Origin: Desulfurococcaceae archaeon
GTDB lineage: Archaea > Thermoproteota > Thermoprotei_A > Sulfolobales > Desulfurococcaceae
Reading direction: 5' to 3'
Assembly (NCBI GenBank): GCA_038816475.1
Contig: JAWBAI010000004.1
Coordinates: forward strand, 1-64,000
DNA length: 64,000 nt
Shown here: one piece after another, positions 60,014 through 64,000 of the stretch
Numbering within the stretch: position 1 is the stretch's first letter
How the letters are laid out: every line of letters starts with the position of its first letter
Made by a program: the position numbers and the translations under genes
Notes under the pieces: generated by a model
Told to the model about the DNA's origin: nothing
The model's database searches: none
What the model saw: only the letters and a program-made list of their open reading frames with translations

Positions 60014-60289
60014 GTGAAAGTTGAAAACGTAGTAGCCTGGAAATACCCTCACTCGAAACCTGTAAAGGGAGTTGCTGGTAAGACTGGTCTTTGGCGAACA
60101 CAAAAACCAATCGTTGATGCGAACAAGTGTACAAGGTGTTATCAGTGCGAGATCTTCTGTCCAGGGATCTGCATAAGGGTTGAGGCTGAATCAGGTGCTG
60201 TAATTGATTACGATTACTGCAAAGGTTGTGGGATATGCGCGGACGTGTGTCCGGCTAGAGCTATAACAATGATCCCCGAACATGGGTGA
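60014..60289 (+). CDS. porD: second POR/VOR-type delta subunit
   Basis: KTG.WR..KP, two [4Fe-4S] motifs incl. YDYCKGCGIC. Confidence 0.92.
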   Translation: MKVENVVAWKYPHSKPVKGVAGKTGLWRTQKPIVDANKCTRCYQCEIFCPGICIRVEAESGAVIDYDYCKGCGICADVCPARAITMIPEHG

Positions 60290-61485
60290 ACAGTATGAGT
60301 GTTAAGAGGCTCGCTTTAACAGGAAACCACGCTATAGCGTACGCTGTTAAGTACGCGAAACCCCAAGTTATAGCAGCTTATCCAATAACACCTCAAACAC
60401 CTATTGTGGAAAAGCTATCGGAGCTCATAGAGTTAGGTGAGCTTAAAGCAACAATGATCAGAGTTGAGTCAGAGCACTCTGCTCTAGCGGCTTGCTTTGG
60501 TGCATCAATAGCGGGTGCTAGAACCTTCACAGCAACGAGTAGTCAGGGATTACTCTACATGCACGAGGTTGTACACTGGATTTCTAGAGCTAGAGCACCC
60601 GTAGTTATGGCTATCGTTTCAAGAACAATAAACACACCGTGGAATATATGGCCTGATCACAGCGATTTCGTGGATCAGCGTGATGCCGGGTGGATAATGT
60701 CTTATGCCATGGACTCACAGGAAGCATTCGATCTAACACTGCAGGCATTTAAGATAAGTGAACACCCGTTGGTGTATTTACCAGTTATGGTCGGTATAGA
60801 GGGGTTCATTGTAGGGCATACGGCTACGCCGGTGGATTTACCCGATGAGAAGCTCGTTGATGATTGGTTAGGTGAAAGAAAGCAACCCTATGTTATTGAC
60901 GGCACTGAACCCATAGGACTAGGAAACCTTGCTTTTCCCGAGGATACAGAGGACATGTTCTACGGCATACAGGAAGCTATGGAGAACTCTAAGAAAGTAA
61001 TAAAGGAGGTGGACGAGGAATACGGCAAATTGTTTGGTAGAAGATACGGTGGGCTTGTAAGTTGCTATAACTGTAACGATGCCAAGTACATAGCTATTGC
61101 TATGGGTGCTTGGACGGGAGACCTTATTGAGGCGGCATTAAAGCTGAGAAATGAAGGTTACCCGGTGGGTGTTCTAAGAATAAGGTATTACAGACCATTC
61201 CCAGCCGATGATATATGGAATTACGTAAGCAACACTAAGGGTATCGTAGTGTTCGACAGAGCTATTAGCTTCGGTGCGTGGGGACCATTATATACCGATC
61301 TCGTTGCAGGGCTCACTCTTCATAGCGCGAAGTTGCCAGTTATAGTAAACGTAGTAGCAGGAATAGCTGGTGTAGACGTTTCACCGGAGGACTTCTACTT
61401 GATACTCAAGTCGTTCATAGATAAAATAGAGAAGGGTGAATACACAGGTAGAAACTATTTCACATGGAAGAAGGTTAGAAGGTGA
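60286..61485 (+). CDS. porA: second POR/VOR-type alpha subunit
   Basis: AAYPITPQT, VESEHSA, TATSSQGL, RPFP. Confidence 0.92.
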   Translation: MNSMSVKRLALTGNHAIAYAVKYAKPQVIAAYPITPQTPIVEKLSELIELGELKATMIRVESEHSALAACFGASIAGARTFTATSSQGLLYMHEVVHWISRARAPVVMAIVSRTINTPWNIWPDHSDFVDQRDAGWIMSYAMDSQEAFDLTLQAFKISEHPLVYLPVMVGIEGFIVGHTATPVDLPDEKLVDDWLGERKQPYVIDGTEPIGLGNLAFPEDTEDMFYGIQEAMENSKKVIKEVDEEYGKLFGRRYGGLVSCYNCNDAKYIAIAMGAWTGDLIEAALKLRNEGYPVGVLRIRYYRPFPADDIWNYVSNTKGIVVFDRAISFGAWGPLYTDLVAGLTLHSAKLPVIVNVVAGIAGVDVSPEDFYLILKSFIDKIEKGEYTGRNYFTWKKVRR

Positions 61486-62420
61486 AACACGTGAGTACGT
61501 CCACGTCCAAGGTGAAACCCCCGCTTCCCTATGCATCAAGAGATTACCTCTACCCAGGAGACGCGGCGTGCCCAGGTTGTCCTATTCCAATTGCATGGAA
61601 AACTCTAATAGCAGCTCTTGGAGGCAGGATCATAGTTGTTATACCAGCATGTTGTACTTCAATAGTTGTGGGGCCGTATCCTGGTCAAGCTTACAGCGTG
61701 AGCATAGTGCATGTCCCCTTTGCAGCAGCAGCATCGGTAGCATCTGGAATAGCGAGTAGCCTCGAAGAGAGAGGTATAAGAGATGTTCATGTTGTTGTCT
61801 GGGCTGGTGATGGAGGAACAGCCGATATAGGCATGGCAACAGTTAGCGGGGCCGCGGAGAGAAACGACAACATAATTTACGTGATGTACGATAACGAAGC
61901 ATACATGAATACCGGTATTCAGAGAAGCTCTTCAACACCTAGGGGTGCGTGGACTACTACTACGCCAATACTGGGTAAACAGGAGAACAAGAAGGATGTT
62001 GCAAGAATAATGATAGCTCACGGAGTACCCTACGTGGCAACAGCGAGCATAGGGTATCCACACGACTTCTACAGTAAGTTGCAGAGAGCTAAGAACATTA
62101 GAGGATTTAGATTCATACATTTACATGCTCCATGCCCAATCGGGTGGAGATTCGACCCTATGTATACAGTGAGGATCGCTAAGTTGGCTGTTGAAACAGG
62201 CATGTGGATACTATACGAGTACCATAATGGAAAAGCGGTTATTTCGCCGCCAAGCAGACCATACGCTGACCCATCCAAGAGAAAACCCATAGAAGAGTAC
62301 TTAAGGCTACAGGGAAGATTTAGAAGCATTGATTCCCAGCTAATCAACGAAATGAAAAGCTACGTTGATGAAAACTGGAAATGGATTATGAAATTAACGT
62401 CTTTGGACGCAACCTCATGA
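61482..62420 (+). CDS. porB: second POR/VOR-type beta subunit
   Basis: ACPGC, GDGGT.DIG, YDNEAYMNTGIQRS, PCP.GW, QGRF. Confidence 0.92.
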   Translation: MKHVSTSTSKVKPPLPYASRDYLYPGDAACPGCPIPIAWKTLIAALGGRIIVVIPACCTSIVVGPYPGQAYSVSIVHVPFAAAASVASGIASSLEERGIRDVHVVVWAGDGGTADIGMATVSGAAERNDNIIYVMYDNEAYMNTGIQRSSSTPRGAWTTTTPILGKQENKKDVARIMIAHGVPYVATASIGYPHDFYSKLQRAKNIRGFRFIHLHAPCPIGWRFDPMYTVRIAKLAVETGMWILYEYHNGKAVISPPSRPYADPSKRKPIEEYLRLQGRFRSIDSQLINEMKSYVDENWKWIMKLTSLDATS

Positions 62421-62953
62421 ACGCCGATACGCTAAACGTATTGGTTGATCTTGCTTGCAATCTTGGGCACACTACTCGATTAGCCAAGATTCTCAAAAAC
62501 GCAGGAATAGATTTTAGAATCACATCATATGATACACTTAGAGTAAGAGAAAAAGTTTTTCTCAGTAAATCCTTCGAAGACGCTGCAAACAAGGTGCTCC
62601 AGGTTTTCGATCAGATAAAAAATAACAAGGATCTCTGGAACACAGCATGCGTAGAAGTATGGATCGAATCCAGTAGCGATCACATGGTTAAGCCTTCGAT
62701 CATAAAATACGATGAGCTATGCATCTATGTGAGAAGAGGCGCGAGGAGCAAAATAGTATTCAAGATCGCGTGGATTGAGCCCTGTAAACAGGTAGCAGGA
62801 GAGCTTATTCCAGAAAGTATCACAAGGTTTTGTTTCTCCGATCCAAACACTATAACCTCTATAAAGAACATTGTTTTAAAGTTCACGGGTTCACTCCAAC
62901 CGGTACGGGAATACGTAATGAGATCCTCATGTGGGGAACAAGAAATCTGTTAA
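62417..62953 (+). CDS. hypothetical protein coupled to the second por operon
   Basis: ATGA overlap with the porB stop; no motif recognised. Confidence 0.55.
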   Translation: MNADTLNVLVDLACNLGHTTRLAKILKNAGIDFRITSYDTLRVREKVFLSKSFEDAANKVLQVFDQIKNNKDLWNTACVEVWIESSSDHMVKPSIIKYDELCIYVRRGARSKIVFKIAWIEPCKQVAGELIPESITRFCFSDPNTITSIKNIVLKFTGSLQPVREYVMRSSCGEQEIC

Positions 62954-62984
62954 AACCCCTTTGAATAAATCATCATATATTGTA

Positions 62985-63072
62985 GGGCCCGTCGTCTAGC
63001 CTGGCTAGGATGCGGGGTTCGGGATTTCAGCGGAAATCCCCGTGACCCGGGGTTCAAATCCCCGCGGGCCCA
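62985..63072 (+). tRNA. tRNA-Pro(CGG) with 13-nt intron at 37/38 (63024-63036)
   Basis: GGGCCCG/CGGGCCC acceptor; CGGGG-TTCGGG|ATTTCAGCGGAAA|T-CCCCG; BHB core TTCG/CGGA. Confidence 0.92.
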
Positions 63073-63073
63073 C

Positions 63074-63502
63074 TTGCAATCATACTGTGAATTAGTGATT
63101 ACGTTGTCGATCAGAAAGACTAGGGAGGAGCTTCGTGAACTCGATAGTACTAAGGTAGCATCAATTCTTCCAAGTGTGTATGAATTCCGGTTTGTAAAGT
63201 TGGCTATCCTCGATAATACTTCTCAGCAGGCACTCTGGATTTACATGGGAAGGAGCTCGGATTATCTGGTAGTTCCGGGGTATTTCTGCAGTTGCATGGA
63301 CTTTATGGTGAGAACCATTATTAACAAGACATCACCTTACTGTAAGCACCTAGCAGGTGTTCAAATAGCCATGAAGGCGAAAAAGTACGCCGTTCTGCAT
63401 GTTGATGTTGAAGAGTCAGCTGTAATAATAGCTGAAATACTGGAGAATAGGTTTTCGTCAACACTGAGAAAACTGCTGAGCAGGGGGAAACAAACAAGTT
63501 GA
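63074..63502 (+). CDS. SWIM zinc-finger protein
   Basis: G...DY, FCSC.DF.......CKH; true start probably downstream of the tRNA 3' end. Confidence 0.8.
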   Translation: MQSYCELVITLSIRKTREELRELDSTKVASILPSVYEFRFVKLAILDNTSQQALWIYMGRSSDYLVVPGYFCSCMDFMVRTIINKTSPYCKHLAGVQIAMKAKKYAVLHVDVEESAVIIAEILENRFSSTLRKLLSRGKQTS

Positions 63503-63587
63503 CAACTTGAGCAAAACATATGATATAAGCTAGATTAACCCTAATACATAACACACGAAGCAAGCACATTTAAGTAAGGTGTGATAA

Positions 63588-63863
63588 ATGGGTCGCAGAA
63601 GAAAGAGAAGAAAAACCATAGTTAAGAGGGTTGTTAAAATACCAATAGTGTTCGATTGCCCCAATTGTGCATCTAAAAGCTTAACCATTACAATAAAGAA
63701 AAGCGGTGATAAAGCATCCGCTCTTGTATCATGCAGTTCGTGTGGATTGCTTGATGATGAGGATTTCGCAGAGATACCTGTATTTTATGAAACTGTTGAC
63801 GTGTACGCTAAGTTCTTAGACCTTTATAGCAGTGGGCGAGCAAAGGTGAAGATGATGAAGTAA
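63588..63863 (+). CDS. elf1: transcription elongation factor Elf1
   Basis: MGRRRK, F.CP.C, C..CG, VDVY..F.D. Confidence 0.9.
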   Translation: MGRRRKRRKTIVKRVVKIPIVFDCPNCASKSLTITIKKSGDKASALVSCSSCGLLDDEDFAEIPVFYETVDVYAKFLDLYSSGRAKVKMMK

Positions 63864-63878
63864 TGGTGAGGTGGCACC

Positions 63879-64000
63879 TTGGGAAAGGTACATGAGTACA
63901 TCATAGCGAAGATCAGTTCTGGCGAGAAATTGCATTTTACACTAGTTGATCCCGACAAGGTAGGAGATCTTGAAAATCTTGAAGCATTATCTCAGAAGAT
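63879..64000 (+). CDS. geranylgeranylglyceryl phosphate synthase, 5' partial
   Basis: hand translation (TTG) MGKVHEYIIAKISSGEKLHFTLVDPDKV; GAGGTG SD; runs off the window. Confidence 0.75.
   Translation, partial: MGKVHEYIIAKISSGEKLHFTLVDPDKVGDLENLEALSQK

Overview
Core-genome window from a hyperthermophilic crenarchaeon (Thermoproteota, most consistent with Desulfurococcales/Desulfurococcaceae). The placement rests on Rpo13, Elf1, a Ced DNA-import locus, an intron-containing cbf5, form III RuBisCO, GGTGA/GGAGG Shine-Dalgarno motifs and tRNA genes without encoded CCA. Contents: four 2-oxoacid:ferredoxin oxidoreductase operons (two POR/VOR-type, one KOR-type, one IOR); sucCD; the Aeropyrum-type modified mevalonate genes plus carS and a partial GGGP synthase; Clp1 kinase, FAU-1 and archease; the large ribosomal protein/secY superoperon, lacking adk; and six tRNAs, three with BHB introns (one at the non-canonical 30/31 site). 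Reading the raw sequence adds features missing from the ORF track: a 27-nt BHB intron splitting the catalytic Asp codon of cbf5, a C/D-box guide sRNA, rps14, a cedA2-like gene, a 44-aa charged ORF with its own TATA and SD at the head of the r-protein cluster, and a structured, repeat-flanked spacer where adk normally sits. The best candidates for an under-described system are (i) an extended DNA-import/repair locus (cedA1-cedA-cedA2-cedB, a membrane-anchored VirD4/HerA-like ATPase, Lhr helicase and PCNA) and (ii) a YqgF-like nuclease gene abutting a Clp1/Nol9 RNA kinase gene. No CRISPR array, rRNA, transposase or integrase was seen. All product calls come from motif recognition by eye, not from database searches.
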